In this document: in pieces, positions 28,822 through 38,720 of the stretch | How the letters are laid out: each line of letters begins with the position of its first letter | Numbering within the stretch: the first letter of the stretch is position 1 | DNA from: Candidatus Spongiisociaceae bacterium | GTDB taxonomy: Bacteria > Actinomycetota > Acidimicrobiia > Spongiisociales > Spongiisociaceae | Direction of reading: 5' to 3' | Assembly (NCBI GenBank): GCA_965202665.1 | Contig: OZ241841.1 | Location: 320,001-384,000 of the forward strand | DNA length: 64,000 bases | The notes under the pieces: generated by a model | Seen by the model: only the letters and a program-made list of their open reading frames with translations | The model's database searches: none | Told to the model about the DNA's origin: nothing | Program-made: the position numbers and the translations under genes

Positions 28822-30306
28822 TCACTTTTGGATCACTCCGTCCACGACCGGAGTGGAGTTGCCGATCCAGGACAGGCTGCGGGGCTCGCAGGTGGGAATC
28901 TCACGGCTGGGCATGGTTCCCTGCGCGAAAGATCCTCCGAAGGTCTGATCCACCCCCGGAATGACCGCCACCGTCGTCAACCCCAAAGCCCCGTCCGGGC
29001 CGGCCACCAACTGCCGAACGTAGGAGTCGACGATGGCCTGACGGTTGGAATCCAAGGAGATAGGCCCGTAGGGGCCGTCCACTGTCAAACCGGACAAAGC
29101 CGCCTGCAGAGCCTGATGGTCATCGGAGATATCCCCGCCCACCTCCTCCAAAGCCTGAATAAGGGCTTTGGCGGCCACGAAGTAGTGAACCAAGAACCCA
29201 GAGTGGGCTTGCGCCCCCGGAGGAACCGGATCGCCGCCCGGACCCTGGAAATCATCGTAATGCCGGTCGATAATAGCCGTATGCTCGCCCACCGACGGAA
29301 TGTCCAAATCGGCGGCGGTGCCGAAACCGCCCACATGAGCCCCTTCCATACTGGAATCCATTCCCCCAGGCGTAAACTCCCAGAACAGGTTGCCCATATG
29401 CTGCTCCGGATTAAGGTCGCCTTTGGCGTCTTCGAAGGCTTTCAAGGCGGGCAGGGTGCCGGCTCCGCCCACCACCCAAAAGTAGCCGTCCACCTCGTCG
29501 GGATCGGGCAACCGGGCGGCGAAAGTGGAATAATCGGTGGTGTTCAAAGGCGGGAAAACCCGCGAAGTCACATCACCGCCCGCCGCGCAGAATCCAGCAA
29601 TGAAACCGGCGGCCGACGTCCAGCCGAAGCTGTAGTCGTCCATCATCACCGCCGCCGTGTCCCAGCCGAGGACGTTTTTGGCGTAATCGCCGGTGCCGGC
29701 GTTCCACTGCGCCCCATCCCCGTTAAAACTAAAAAAGTTGGGAGCCTGCACCTCCAAAGTGGTCTCCATGGCGCCAGCAGTGCCGTTCACGAAAGTCTGC
29801 GTGGGATGATCTTTGGCGTAGTTGGCCACCGCAATCGACTCGTCTTCGGATGACGGGCCGATCATAATGTCGGCGCCCAGCTGCTCCATCAGGCGGCGGG
29901 TTTCCTCAATGGCTTTGTCGGCCGTGTCATCGGCGCATCCGATTCCGACCAACTCCACCGGCACTCCCGCCACCGACGCCCCGGTGAACCCGTCCGTAGG
30001 CTTGTTCGGGTTAGTGATAGTCGCCCCCGCAAACTCGGCGAAAGCAGCCCCCACCCCGGCTACGTCCTGCTCATGGAACCCGCCGAAAACCCCTTCGCAG
30101 TCCGACAAGACGGCCAGGTTGATCACCTCGGTTCCCATCACGGAAGCTTCGGTGGTGGTCGTCGCCTCGGTGTCCCGCGGGGCCGCGGCGGTGGTGATGG
30201 TGGTGGTCTCCGCCGCGCCGTCCCGGCCGCAGGCGACGGCCGCTAAAGCCAACGCGGCCAGCAAGCCCAGGGCCTTCCCGGTCCGCGTCCTCAACAAGTT
30301 ATGCAC
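28822..30306 (-). CDS. LivJ/K-type ABC substrate-binding lipoprotein (duplicate copy)
   Basis: Lipobox LAAVAC; near-identical to 31959-33461; GGAGGG RBS before GTG 30306. Confidence 0.9.
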   Translation of the reverse strand: MHNLLRTRTGKALGLLAALALAAVACGRDGAAETTTITTAAAPRDTEATTTTEASVMGTEVINLAVLSDCEGVFGGFHEQDVAGVGAAFAEFAGATITNPNKPTDGFTGASVAGVPVELVGIGCADDTADKAIEETRRLMEQLGADIMIGPSSEDESIAVANYAKDHPTQTFVNGTAGAMETTLEVQAPNFFSFNGDGAQWNAGTGDYAKNVLGWDTAAVMMDDYSFGWTSAAGFIAGFCAAGGDVTSRVFPPLNTTDYSTFAARLPDPDEVDGYFWVVGGAGTLPALKAFEDAKGDLNPEQHMGNLFWEFTPGGMDSSMEGAHVGGFGTAADLDIPSVGEHTAIIDRHYDDFQGPGGDPVPPGAQAHSGFLVHYFVAAKALIQALEEVGGDISDDHQALQAALSGLTVDGPYGPISLDSNRQAIVDSYVRQLVAGPDGALGLTTVAVIPGVDQTFGGSFAQGTMPSREIPTCEPRSLSWIGNSTPVVDGVIQK

Positions 30307-30377
30307 TTTCCCTCCAAACACAGCCACCACCATACAAACCGGCTCTGCTTGCCGATGACGCGCGTCATTCCCGTTTT

Positions 30378-31187
30378 CTACGAAGCGGGAGTTTCGGAGG
30401 AGTCCACCTCTGGCCCTGGCGGTCCCTCCGCCGCCTCCTCGGCCGTTTCCAACGCTCTGGTCGGTTCGGAGGAGTCCACGCCTAGCAGGCGCCTTTGGGC
30501 GTCGGGGTCGTTTATCAGCTCGTGGGGGGACATTTCGGCGGCTATGTTGCCGGAAACCATCACCAGATGCCGTTCCGCCACCGCCGAGGCCACCGCCAGG
30601 TTCTGCTCCACCAGCAGCACCGCTTGGCCTTCCGACACCAAAGTGCGGCAGGTTTCAATCAGGTCTTCCACGATGGTGGGGGCCAAGCCTTCCGACGGTT
30701 CGTCCATTATCAGCAACGGGGCGTTCAACAGCAAAGCCCGGCCGATGGCCAGCATCTGCTGCTCCCCCCCGGACAACCGGGCCCCGCCCACCTCTTTGCG
30801 CTCCACCAACCGGGGAAACAATTCATACACCGCCTGCGGCGTCCAACGTTTGCCCCGCGTGTTGCGGGCCAGCATGGTCAGATGCTCGTCCACGCTCAAC
30901 GACGGGAACAGTCGCCGCCCCTGCGGGACGTATCCGATCCCCCGGGCGGCTATCTTGTAGGATTTTTGGCCGGTCAACTCCTCCCCCATAAACTTGATGC
31001 TCCCGGAACGGGCGGGCAACATTCCCATGATCGTTCCGCACAAAGTGGTTTTGCCCATCCCGTTGCGCCCGACGAGGGCCACCGCCTCCACCCCCATCTC
31101 AAACGACACCCCGTGCAGCACCTCGGCCGCCCCGTATCCGGACACCAGGTTGTCCACCGCCAGCAACGGCGCCCCGCCTTCAGACAT
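30378..31187 (-). CDS. LivF-type ABC ATP-binding protein
   Basis: GRNGMGKTT, LSGGEQQMLAIGRAL, MDEPSEGLAP, LLVEQN. Confidence 0.93.
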   Translation of the reverse strand: MSEGGAPLLAVDNLVSGYGAAEVLHGVSFEMGVEAVALVGRNGMGKTTLCGTIMGMLPARSGSIKFMGEELTGQKSYKIAARGIGYVPQGRRLFPSLSVDEHLTMLARNTRGKRWTPQAVYELFPRLVERKEVGGARLSGGEQQMLAIGRALLLNAPLLIMDEPSEGLAPTIVEDLIETCRTLVSEGQAVLLVEQNLAVASAVAERHLVMVSGNIAAEMSPHELINDPDAQRRLLGVDSSEPTRALETAEEAAEGPPGPEVDSSETPAS

Positions 31188-31947
31188 ATCCTTCCCTCCG
31201 CCCCAGGTAAATGTCGTGCACCATCTGGTTGGCCCGGATTTCGGCGGGGGTGCCTTCGGCCACCGTCAAGCCGTCCAGCATCACCACCACCCGCTCCGCC
31301 ACTTTCAGGGCCACGTCCATGTCATGTTCGATCAGCACCAAAGTGACGGCCCGGTCCAGCCCCAGCAACAGTTCGGTGAGACGCTCCCGCTCCCCCCGGG
31401 ACAGGCCGGAGGCCGGTTCGTCCAACAGCAACAGGGACGGCTCCACCGCCATCGCCATCCCCACCTCCAACTGGCGCTGCTCCCCATGCGACAGGTCGGC
31501 CACCGGGGCCTCCAGCCGATCCGACAGCCACACTTCGGCCGCCGCCCGCCGGGCCCGCTCCCGGTATTCGGCGTCGTCCCGGGAAGGGTAGAAACGTATC
31601 CGCCCCCCCCGTTTCCCGGCCAGGGCCACGAACAGGTTGTCGGCCACCGTCAACCCGGGAAACAGCCGGGTTTGCTGATAGGTGCGGGCCACCCCCAACG
31701 CGGGCCGCCACCGGGGCGGGGCGAAACTCACGTCCCGCCCGGCCACGGCCACCCGCCCTTCGGTGGGGGGCAGGTCGCCGGCGATCACGTTGAACAGGGT
31801 GGTTTTGCCCGCCCCGTTCGGCCCCAGAATGCCCAGGCGCTCGCCCTGCGCGACGTCCAAGTCGACGCCGCGCAGGGCTTGCACGCCTCCGACGGTTACC
31901 GCAATCCCGGCCAGTCGCAGGATCGGGGTTTCGCCGGTTTCGGCCAC
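31180..31947 (-). CDS. LivG-type ABC ATP-binding protein
   Basis: GPNGAGKTTLFN, LSHGEQRQLE, LLDEPASG, LIEHDMD. Confidence 0.93.
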   Translation of the reverse strand: MAETGETPILRLAGIAVTVGGVQALRGVDLDVAQGERLGILGPNGAGKTTLFNVIAGDLPPTEGRVAVAGRDVSFAPPRWRPALGVARTYQQTRLFPGLTVADNLFVALAGKRGGRIRFYPSRDDAEYRERARRAAAEVWLSDRLEAPVADLSHGEQRQLEVGMAMAVEPSLLLLDEPASGLSRGERERLTELLLGLDRAVTLVLIEHDMDVALKVAERVVVMLDGLTVAEGTPAEIRANQMVHDIYLGRREGYV

Positions 31948-31958
31948 GCGACCGTTGA

Positions 31959-33461
31959 TCAGTTTTGGATTACCCCGTCCACGACCGGAGTGGAGTTGCC
32001 GATCCAGGACAGGCTGCGGGGCTCGCAGGTGGGAATCTCGCGGCTGGGCATGGTCCCCTGCGCGAAAGATCCTCCGAAGGTCTGATCCACCCCCGGAATA
32101 ACCGCCACCGTCGTCAACCCCAAAGCCCCATCCGGGCCGGCCACCAACTGCCGAACGTAGGAGTCGACGATGGCCTGCCGGTTGGAATCCAAGGAGATAG
32201 GCCCGTAGGGACCGTCCACTGTCAAACCGGACAAAGCCGCCTGCAAGGCCTGATGGTCATCGGAGATATCCCCGCCCACCTCCTCCAAAGCCTGAATAAG
32301 GGCTTTGGCGGCCACGAAGTAGTTGACCAGGAACCCGGAGTGGGCTTGCGCCCCCGGAGGAGCCGGATCGCCGCCCGGACCCTGGAAATCATCGTAATGC
32401 CGGTCGATAATAGCCGTATGCTCGCCCACCGACGGAATGTCCAAATCGGCGGCGGTGCCGAAACCGCCCACATAGGCCCCTTCCATGCTGGGATCCATGG
32501 CCCCGGCCGCGAACTCCCAGAACAGGTTACCCATATGCTGCTCCGGGTTGAGGTCGCCTTTGGCGTCTTCGAAGGCTTTCAAGGCGGGCAGGGTGCCGGC
32601 TCCGCCCACCACCCAGAAGTAGCCGTCCACCTCGTCTGGATCGGGCAACTGGGCGGCGAAAGTGGAATAATCGGTGGTGTTCAAAGGCGGGAAAACCCGC
32701 GATGTCACATCACCGCCCGCCGCGCAGAATTCAGCGATGAAACCGGCGGCCGACGTCCAGCCGAAGCTGTAGTCGTCCATTATCACCGCCGCCGTGTCCC
32801 AGCCGAGGACGTTTTTGGCGTAGTCGCCGGTGCCGGCGTTCCACTGCGCCCCATCCCCGTTGAAACGGAAGAAGTTGGGGGCCTGCACCTCCAAGGTGGT
32901 GTCCATGGCGCCCGCCGTGCCGTTCACGAAAGTCTGCGTGGGATGATCTTTGGCGTAGTTGGCCACCGCAATCGACTCGTCGCCGGAAAGCGGGCCGATC
33001 ATAATGTCGGCGCCCAGCTGCTCCATCAGGCGGCGGGTTTCCTCAATGGCTTTGTCGGCCGTGTCATCGGCGCATCCGATTCCGACCAACTCCACCGGCA
33101 CTCCCGCCACCGACGCCCCGGTGAACCCGTCCGTAGGCTTGTTCGGGTTGGTAATGGTCGCTCCCGCAAACTCGGCGAAAGCGGCCCCCACTCCGGCTAC
33201 GTCCTGTTCATGGAACCCGCCGAAAGCCCCTTCGCAGTCCGACAGGATGGCCAGGTTTATAACCTCGGTTCCCATCATGGAAGCTTCGGTGGTGGTCGTC
33301 GCCTCCGCGGCTGCGGTAGTGGTAGCCGCTTGGGTGGTGGTGGGGGCGGCGGTGGTGGTGGTCTCCTCCGCGCTGTCCCCGCCGCAGGCGGCGGCCGCTA
33401 AAGCCAAAGCGGCCAGCAAGCCCAGGGCCTTCCCGGTCCGCGTTCTCAATAAGTTGTGCAC
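31959..33461 (-). CDS. LivJ/K-type ABC substrate-binding lipoprotein
   Basis: Lipobox LAAAAC, Thr/Ala linker, IMIGPLSGDES, APNFFRF; GGAGGG RBS before GTG 33461. Confidence 0.9.
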   Translation of the reverse strand: MHNLLRTRTGKALGLLAALALAAAACGGDSAEETTTTAAPTTTQAATTTAAAEATTTTEASMMGTEVINLAILSDCEGAFGGFHEQDVAGVGAAFAEFAGATITNPNKPTDGFTGASVAGVPVELVGIGCADDTADKAIEETRRLMEQLGADIMIGPLSGDESIAVANYAKDHPTQTFVNGTAGAMDTTLEVQAPNFFRFNGDGAQWNAGTGDYAKNVLGWDTAAVIMDDYSFGWTSAAGFIAEFCAAGGDVTSRVFPPLNTTDYSTFAAQLPDPDEVDGYFWVVGGAGTLPALKAFEDAKGDLNPEQHMGNLFWEFAAGAMDPSMEGAYVGGFGTAADLDIPSVGEHTAIIDRHYDDFQGPGGDPAPPGAQAHSGFLVNYFVAAKALIQALEEVGGDISDDHQALQAALSGLTVDGPYGPISLDSNRQAIVDSYVRQLVAGPDGALGLTTVAVIPGVDQTFGGSFAQGTMPSREIPTCEPRSLSWIGNSTPVVDGVIQN

Positions 33462-33472
33462 TTTCCCTCCTC

Positions 33473-34576
33473 TCAACCGGTTACCCCGGTTTTTTTCTCT
33501 GCCTCCCCGGCCGGTGGGCCGGGGCTTTCTTTATCGGAAGCCGGGCGCAACAGACGTTTGACTCGTCCGCCGACGCCCGCTCCAAAACCTATAAGGCCAT
33601 TGGGCGAGGCTAAAACGATTATCAGAAAAATCAACCCGACCAACGTGTTGAAACGATCCTCGGTGAGGCCGATGCGGTCCACCAACGGCACCGACCGCAC
33701 GTAGTTGTTGACCACCACGTAGATGAAAGCTCCCAGCCACGCCCCTTCCAGCCGGTTCATCCCGCCGATGACGGCCACGATCAGCAAAGCCAAAATCTCC
33801 CCCACCCCGATGGAAGCCGGGTCGATCTGCCGGTTCCACCATACGTTGAGAACCCCGGCCAGGGAAGCCACGAAAGCCCCCAGCGTGAAAGCCAGCGCCC
33901 GGTGGACGACCAGGTTGTAGCCGAGGGCGCTCATCCGCACCGGGTCGTCCCGCACCCCCTGCAAGGCCAGTCCGAACGGGGTGCGCACCGCGTAGCGCAA
34001 GAGCAGAAAAGAGAAAACGGAAACCAGCAGGGCGGCGTAGTAGAGCCTTTCCGGGAACTGGCCCGGCTCCCCGATCACCCCCGGGGCGACGATCTGGTTG
34101 ATGCCCCCGAACCCGGAGAAGGTGGTCACCTGTCCGAAAAAGTAGAAGCCGATCACCCCGAAAGTCAAAGTGATCATCAGGTAGTAGAGACCTGCGGAGC
34201 GCCCCGCCACCAACCCCAGCAGAAAACCCAGAACGGTGGTGAAAACGATCCCGATCAGCACCCCCAGCCACGGGTTCAAGCCCAGGTTGAGGCCTTTGCT
34301 GCCCCCCTGGGTGACCGCATTCCCGATCGCGAACCCGGCGAACCCGTACATCAGGGTCTGGGCCAGGGAAATCATCCCCCCGTAGGCGGCCAGGAAAATC
34401 AGGCTGGCGGCGGCGATCCCCAGCCACAGGGTTTGGGTGAGGACGAAACTCAAAAAGAATTCGGACGAGTAAGCGGGGGCCAGCAACAGGGCGGCCAGGA
34501 CGGCCAGCAGGGCGATCCGCTCCGGATGCGCCCAGTAGCGGCCGGTGAGGAGGGCGGAACGGGACGGCGTAAACAT
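33473..34576 (-). CDS. LivM-type ABC permease
   Basis: GMISLAQ, TPFGLALQGVRDD, AVIGGM. Confidence 0.9.
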   Translation of the reverse strand: MFTPSRSALLTGRYWAHPERIALLAVLAALLLAPAYSSEFFLSFVLTQTLWLGIAAASLIFLAAYGGMISLAQTLMYGFAGFAIGNAVTQGGSKGLNLGLNPWLGVLIGIVFTTVLGFLLGLVAGRSAGLYYLMITLTFGVIGFYFFGQVTTFSGFGGINQIVAPGVIGEPGQFPERLYYAALLVSVFSFLLLRYAVRTPFGLALQGVRDDPVRMSALGYNLVVHRALAFTLGAFVASLAGVLNVWWNRQIDPASIGVGEILALLIVAVIGGMNRLEGAWLGAFIYVVVNNYVRSVPLVDRIGLTEDRFNTLVGLIFLIIVLASPNGLIGFGAGVGGRVKRLLRPASDKESPGPPAGEAEKKTGVTG

Positions 34577-35635
34577 TCAGGCGGGCCTCCCGAACAGGCC
34601 GTAGGGGCGCCAAGCGAGCACCGCCGCCAACAGCACGAAAGTGAAAATGATGGAAAAGTTGGTGAAACCGGCCGGCAGGTAGGCGGGGGCGAAGGCGGTC
34701 ACCATTCCCAGCAGGAGCGAACCGGCCATGGCCCCCACCAGCGACCCCATCCCGCCCACGATGACCACGATGATGGAATTGAGCAGCCACTGGCCGTCCA
34801 CCCCCGGGGCCAGGCTGGCGAACGATCCGCCGAGCACCCCCCCGGCTCCGGCCAGGGCGGAACCGACCAGAAAGGCCAAGGCGAACACCACCTGCACGTT
34901 CACCCCCAGGGCCTGCACCATGGCCGTGTCGTCCACCCCGGCCCGGATGATTATCCCGGTGCGGGTTTTGCGCAGCCACAGCCACAGCCCGATCCCCACC
35001 AGGACGGCGGCCAGCAACATGAACAGGCGGGGCACCGAATAGCGGAATTCGCCCCAGTTGATGAAGCGGTCCAGCAAGCCCGGCCATTTGATGTCCACCG
35101 CGATCCCCCCGAAGCGGGCCAGCATCTGGTCGGCCAGAATCACCGAGATGGCGATGGTGATCAGCGTCTCCCGCATGTCCTGCCCTTGGAACCAGCGCAA
35201 AGTTACCTGCTGGGTGACGAGCCCGACCGCCCCGGCCACCACCATGGCCAGCAATACGGGGGCCAGCCAGCCCAGCACCCCCACCGCGGCGGTGGAGTAA
35301 CTGCCGGTCCGCCCCACCATGGCCCGTTGCAACTCCAAGGCGACGTAGCCGCCCAGCAGGAACAGCGACCCGTGGGCCAGGTTCACCACCCGCATCAGGC
35401 CGAAGATGAGGGTGAAGCCGGAGGCCACCACAAAGTACAGCCCGGCGATGGTCAGGGCGTTGAGCAGGGTGGCCAGGAAGTCGCCGTAGTCCCGGGCCAG
35501 CGGTTCGGCCGGGGTGTTGGAGGCGAAAAACAGCACCCAGGCGGCGAACAGGGCCAAAGCCGCCAGGCCCGCCCCCCAGGCGGCGCGCCGGACGGCGGCC
35601 CTCCCGGACCCCCGGGTCAAAGTTCCGACCGCCAA
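34577..35635 (-). CDS. LivH-type ABC permease
   Basis: GFTLIFGLMRVVNLAHG, TRTGIIIRA, RPYGLFG. Confidence 0.9.
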   Translation of the reverse strand: MAVGTLTRGSGRAAVRRAAWGAGLAALALFAAWVLFFASNTPAEPLARDYGDFLATLLNALTIAGLYFVVASGFTLIFGLMRVVNLAHGSLFLLGGYVALELQRAMVGRTGSYSTAAVGVLGWLAPVLLAMVVAGAVGLVTQQVTLRWFQGQDMRETLITIAISVILADQMLARFGGIAVDIKWPGLLDRFINWGEFRYSVPRLFMLLAAVLVGIGLWLWLRKTRTGIIIRAGVDDTAMVQALGVNVQVVFALAFLVGSALAGAGGVLGGSFASLAPGVDGQWLLNSIIVVIVGGMGSLVGAMAGSLLLGMVTAFAPAYLPAGFTNFSIIFTFVLLAAVLAWRPYGLFGRPA

Positions 35636-35639
35636 AGGC

Positions 35640-36254
35640 TCAGCCCAGCGCGGCGATCACCGCATCGACGTTGGTGACGGCGGACACGTTCTGCAGGGCG
35701 TAGTTGATGGAGGCGTTGTGCCAGTCGGCGTTCATCGTGGAGCATCCGTCTTCGGGCACCACCATGTGGTAGCCCTTGTCGGCCCCGGTGCGGGCGGTGT
35801 GCTCTATGGACATGTTGGTCCAGGCCCCGGTTACGATCACCGTGTCCCGCCCCAAGCCGGCCAGCATGGATTCCAGGCGGGTGCCCTCCCAGGCGCTCAT
35901 CCGCATCTTTTCGATCACGAAGTCGCCTTCCTGCGGTTCCAGGCCGGCGGCGGGGGCGGCCCCCCACGAGCCGCGCACCAGGCCGTTGGTGTCTTTCACC
36001 CCGTTGAAAAGCGGGGCGTTCAGTTTCAGGCCGGGGGCCCCTTCTTCCACGATGTACCAGACGTGCATCACCGGCGCCCCCAGGCGGCGGCAGGCGTCGG
36101 CCAAGCGGATCACGTTGGCCACCACGTTCTGCTCCCGGGCGTGGCCGGGGGCCCCCGAGTCGGCGAAGGCCCCGCCGTCCACCATCACGTCGTTTTGCAG
36201 GTCCTGGATGATCAGGGCGCACCGGCCCGCGTCCAGCGTTAACGCATCGTTCAT
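35640..36254 (-). CDS. Cysteine hydrolase / isochorismatase family
   Basis: ALIIQDLQND, IEKMRMSAW, TGAWTNMSIEHTAR (Ser at usual Cys site). Confidence 0.88.
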   Translation of the reverse strand: MNDALTLDAGRCALIIQDLQNDVMVDGGAFADSGAPGHAREQNVVANVIRLADACRRLGAPVMHVWYIVEEGAPGLKLNAPLFNGVKDTNGLVRGSWGAAPAAGLEPQEGDFVIEKMRMSAWEGTRLESMLAGLGRDTVIVTGAWTNMSIEHTARTGADKGYHMVVPEDGCSTMNADWHNASINYALQNVSAVTNVDAVIAALG

Positions 36255-36347
36255 AGTCGCTCTCCTCTCCTTAGATATTTGGCTGGTTGTCTTGGCTGGT
36301 TCTAATGGTTTGATTTTTGGCGGCGCGCGGGCCGCCGGGGGCGGGTT

Positions 36348-37265
36348 TCAAGCCCGCATGTAGGGTTCCCGATGGGGCCCGACTTTGGTGCGGAGCTTGT
36401 ACAGGGAAGTGGAGGACGGCATGTAGAGGGTGCGCCAGTCGTTGTCGCCCCAGGTCAGGTTGCCCACGTTTTCGGGCACCTGCACCACTCCCAGGCGAGT
36501 TCCTTCCGGGTCGAACACCCACACCCCGCCCGGCCCGGTAACCCAGATGTTGCCCAACTCATCGCATTTCATCCCGTCCGGAATGCCTTCTTCGATGACG
36601 CCGGAGCCGATGCCGTCGGCGAACCGCCGCCCGTGATGCAAAGTTCCGTCCGGACGCACGTCGTACACGTCGATGAGGGCGTTGGGGGTGTCGTTGATGT
36701 ACATGTGCTTCTCATCGGGCGAGAAGCACAGGCCGTTGGGCTGCTCGTATTTGTCCCGGTCCACCGCCAGTTCCAGCCCTCCCCCGGGGGGGATGCGGTA
36801 GACGGCTTGGAAGCCCAGCTCCCGCTCCCGTTCCAACCCGAACCCCGGCATGCGCCCGTACCAGGGGTCGGAGAAGTAGATGGAGCCGTCGGAGCCGACG
36901 CACACGTCGTTGGGGCTGTTCAACTCTTTGCCTTCGAAATGGGAGGCCAGCACCACCCGGGTTCCGTCGGGCCGTTCCATGATCAGCGAAGACGTGACGT
37001 GCTCGCACACGATCAGGTTCAGGTCGGCGTCGTAGGTCATCCCGTTGCACTTGTTGGACGGGTTGGCCATTTCCATCACCGACCCGTCGGCCGGGTCGTA
37101 TTTGCGGCGGACGTCCCCCGGCATGTCGGAGAACAACAGGTAGCCGTCCTTCGGATGCCAGATGGGCCCTTCCGTGAAAGTGAACCCGGTGGCGGCTTGG
37201 ACCAACTCCTCGTCGGCGTCCACCAGATCGTAAATTTGGTCCGAGTCGGCTTTTATCGCGCTCAT
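36348..37265 (-). CDS. SMP-30/gluconolactonase family protein
   Basis: FTEGPIW, LNSPNDV, PNGLCFSPDE, PDGMKCD. Confidence 0.92.
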   Translation of the reverse strand: MSAIKADSDQIYDLVDADEELVQAATGFTFTEGPIWHPKDGYLLFSDMPGDVRRKYDPADGSVMEMANPSNKCNGMTYDADLNLIVCEHVTSSLIMERPDGTRVVLASHFEGKELNSPNDVCVGSDGSIYFSDPWYGRMPGFGLERERELGFQAVYRIPPGGGLELAVDRDKYEQPNGLCFSPDEKHMYINDTPNALIDVYDVRPDGTLHHGRRFADGIGSGVIEEGIPDGMKCDELGNIWVTGPGGVWVFDPEGTRLGVVQVPENVGNLTWGDNDWRTLYMPSSTSLYKLRTKVGPHREPYMRA

Positions 37266-37356
37266 CGCTGCAACCTCCCTCCGTCGGCCGAACGGGCCCG
37301 CCGCTTCGCCTCCGAAAAAATTTTCCGGTTGCGACGCGCCTCCGCCGGCTGTTTCG

Positions 37357-37378
37357 GCTATGTTGTTTCAAACATAGC
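37357..37378. promoter_or_regulatory. Palindromic operator candidate between divergent operons
   Basis: GCTATGTT-GTTTCA-AACATAGC, perfect 8-bp arms. Confidence 0.55.
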
Positions 37379-37428
37379 ACCGGTTCGCCCGGCGCGGGCT
37401 GAAAAAGACAATTAGAATTGGGAGCGCC

Positions 37429-38211
37429 ATGGACGTTGATGTTCTGATACCCGAATCGGCGGAGGAGGCCGCGGCCGGCTTCGGAGACGGCGACGGGGTG
37501 ACGGTGATGGCGGGCGGCACCATAGTGATGCAGCTTCTCAACTACCGGAGGGCCCGCCCCCGCCGGGTGCTGATGTTGCACAAGGCGGGCCTGTCCTACG
37601 TCCGCCGCGGCAACGGGTCGCTGGCCATCGGGGCCGCCGCCCCCCTGTCGCAGGTGACGGACGCCCCCGCCCCGCTGGGTCCGTGCGCGGCCAACATCGG
37701 CGATCCGGAAATCCGGGGGCAGGCCACGGTGGGCGGCAACCTGTTCGCCTCCCCCACCCCCGAATTCCCCTGGGGCGACCTGCAGGGGCCGTTGCTGGCT
37801 TTGGGGGCGATGGTGCGTTCCGCCGGGGCGGGCGGGGAGCGCACCGAGCCGGTGGCGGATTTTCTGGCCGGGCGGAAGGGGCGGCTGGCTTTGGAGATAA
37901 CTTTGCAGGAACCGGCGGCGGGGGCTTTCGCCTCCCTGCGCCGCCCGCACACCAAGCATTACACCCCGTTGGCGGTGTCCGGGGCCCGTTCCGCCTCCGG
38001 GGAGATCCGGCTGGCGGCCACCGGGGCCGGGGGCCTGGGCCGCCGGTTGCCCGCGGCGGAGGCGGCCGCCGCCTCCGGCGGGGACGCCGGACGGGCCGCT
38101 TTGGAAGACGCCGAACCGGCCGACGACGCCCTGGCCTCCGCCTGGTACCGGGAGCGGACGTTGCCGGTGCTGGTGGAAAAAGTCGTTTCGCAACTGGAGG
38201 GGCCGTCATGA
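37429..38211 (+). CDS. Xanthine dehydrogenase family FAD-binding subunit
   Basis: MAGGT, IRGQATVGGNL, ASAWYR. Confidence 0.88.
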   Translation: MDVDVLIPESAEEAAAGFGDGDGVTVMAGGTIVMQLLNYRRARPRRVLMLHKAGLSYVRRGNGSLAIGAAAPLSQVTDAPAPLGPCAANIGDPEIRGQATVGGNLFASPTPEFPWGDLQGPLLALGAMVRSAGAGGERTEPVADFLAGRKGRLALEITLQEPAAGAFASLRRPHTKHYTPLAVSGARSASGEIRLAATGAGGLGRRLPAAEAAAASGGDAGRAALEDAEPADDALASAWYRERTLPVLVEKVVSQLEGPS

Positions 38212-38717
38212 AAATCACCGTCAACGGGGTCGCCCGGGAAATCTCCTCCGCCCCCCTGGATTCTTTGCTGTCCGTCCTGCGGGAGGAACTGGACGTAACC
38301 AGCGCCAAAGCGGGATGCGAGGCGGGGGGGTGCGGAACCTGCACGGTGCTGATCGACGGGCGCCCGGCCCGTTCCTGCCTGACCCCGGCGGCGATGGCGG
38401 ACGGGGCGGAAATAACCACCGTGGAGGGGCTGGGAACCCCCGACGAGCCGTCCGCCGTGCAGCAGTCGTTCCTCCACCATTACGCCCTGCAGTGCGGGTT
38501 CTGCACCCCGGGGCTGGTGGTGGCGGCCACCGCCTATTTGGACGGGGGCGGCTCCGACGATCCGGCGGCCATCGCCGAAGCCATCGGCGGGCATGTGTGC
38601 CGGTGCACCGGCTACGGCAAAATCGTGGAGGCCATCGCCGCCGCCGCCCGCCAAACTGAATTTGATCTGGAAAGCGCCGCTTTGGACGCCAACACGGTCG
38701 TGAAAACGGGAGGTTGA
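38208..38717 (+). CDS. Xanthine dehydrogenase family [2Fe-2S] subunit
   Basis: GCEAGGCGTCTV, QCGFCTPG, CRCTGY; ATGA overlap gives start 38208. Confidence 0.92.
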   Translation: MKITVNGVAREISSAPLDSLLSVLREELDVTSAKAGCEAGGCGTCTVLIDGRPARSCLTPAAMADGAEITTVEGLGTPDEPSAVQQSFLHHYALQCGFCTPGLVVAATAYLDGGGSDDPAAIAEAIGGHVCRCTGYGKIVEAIAAAARQTEFDLESAALDANTVVKTGG

Positions 38718-38720
38718 TAA

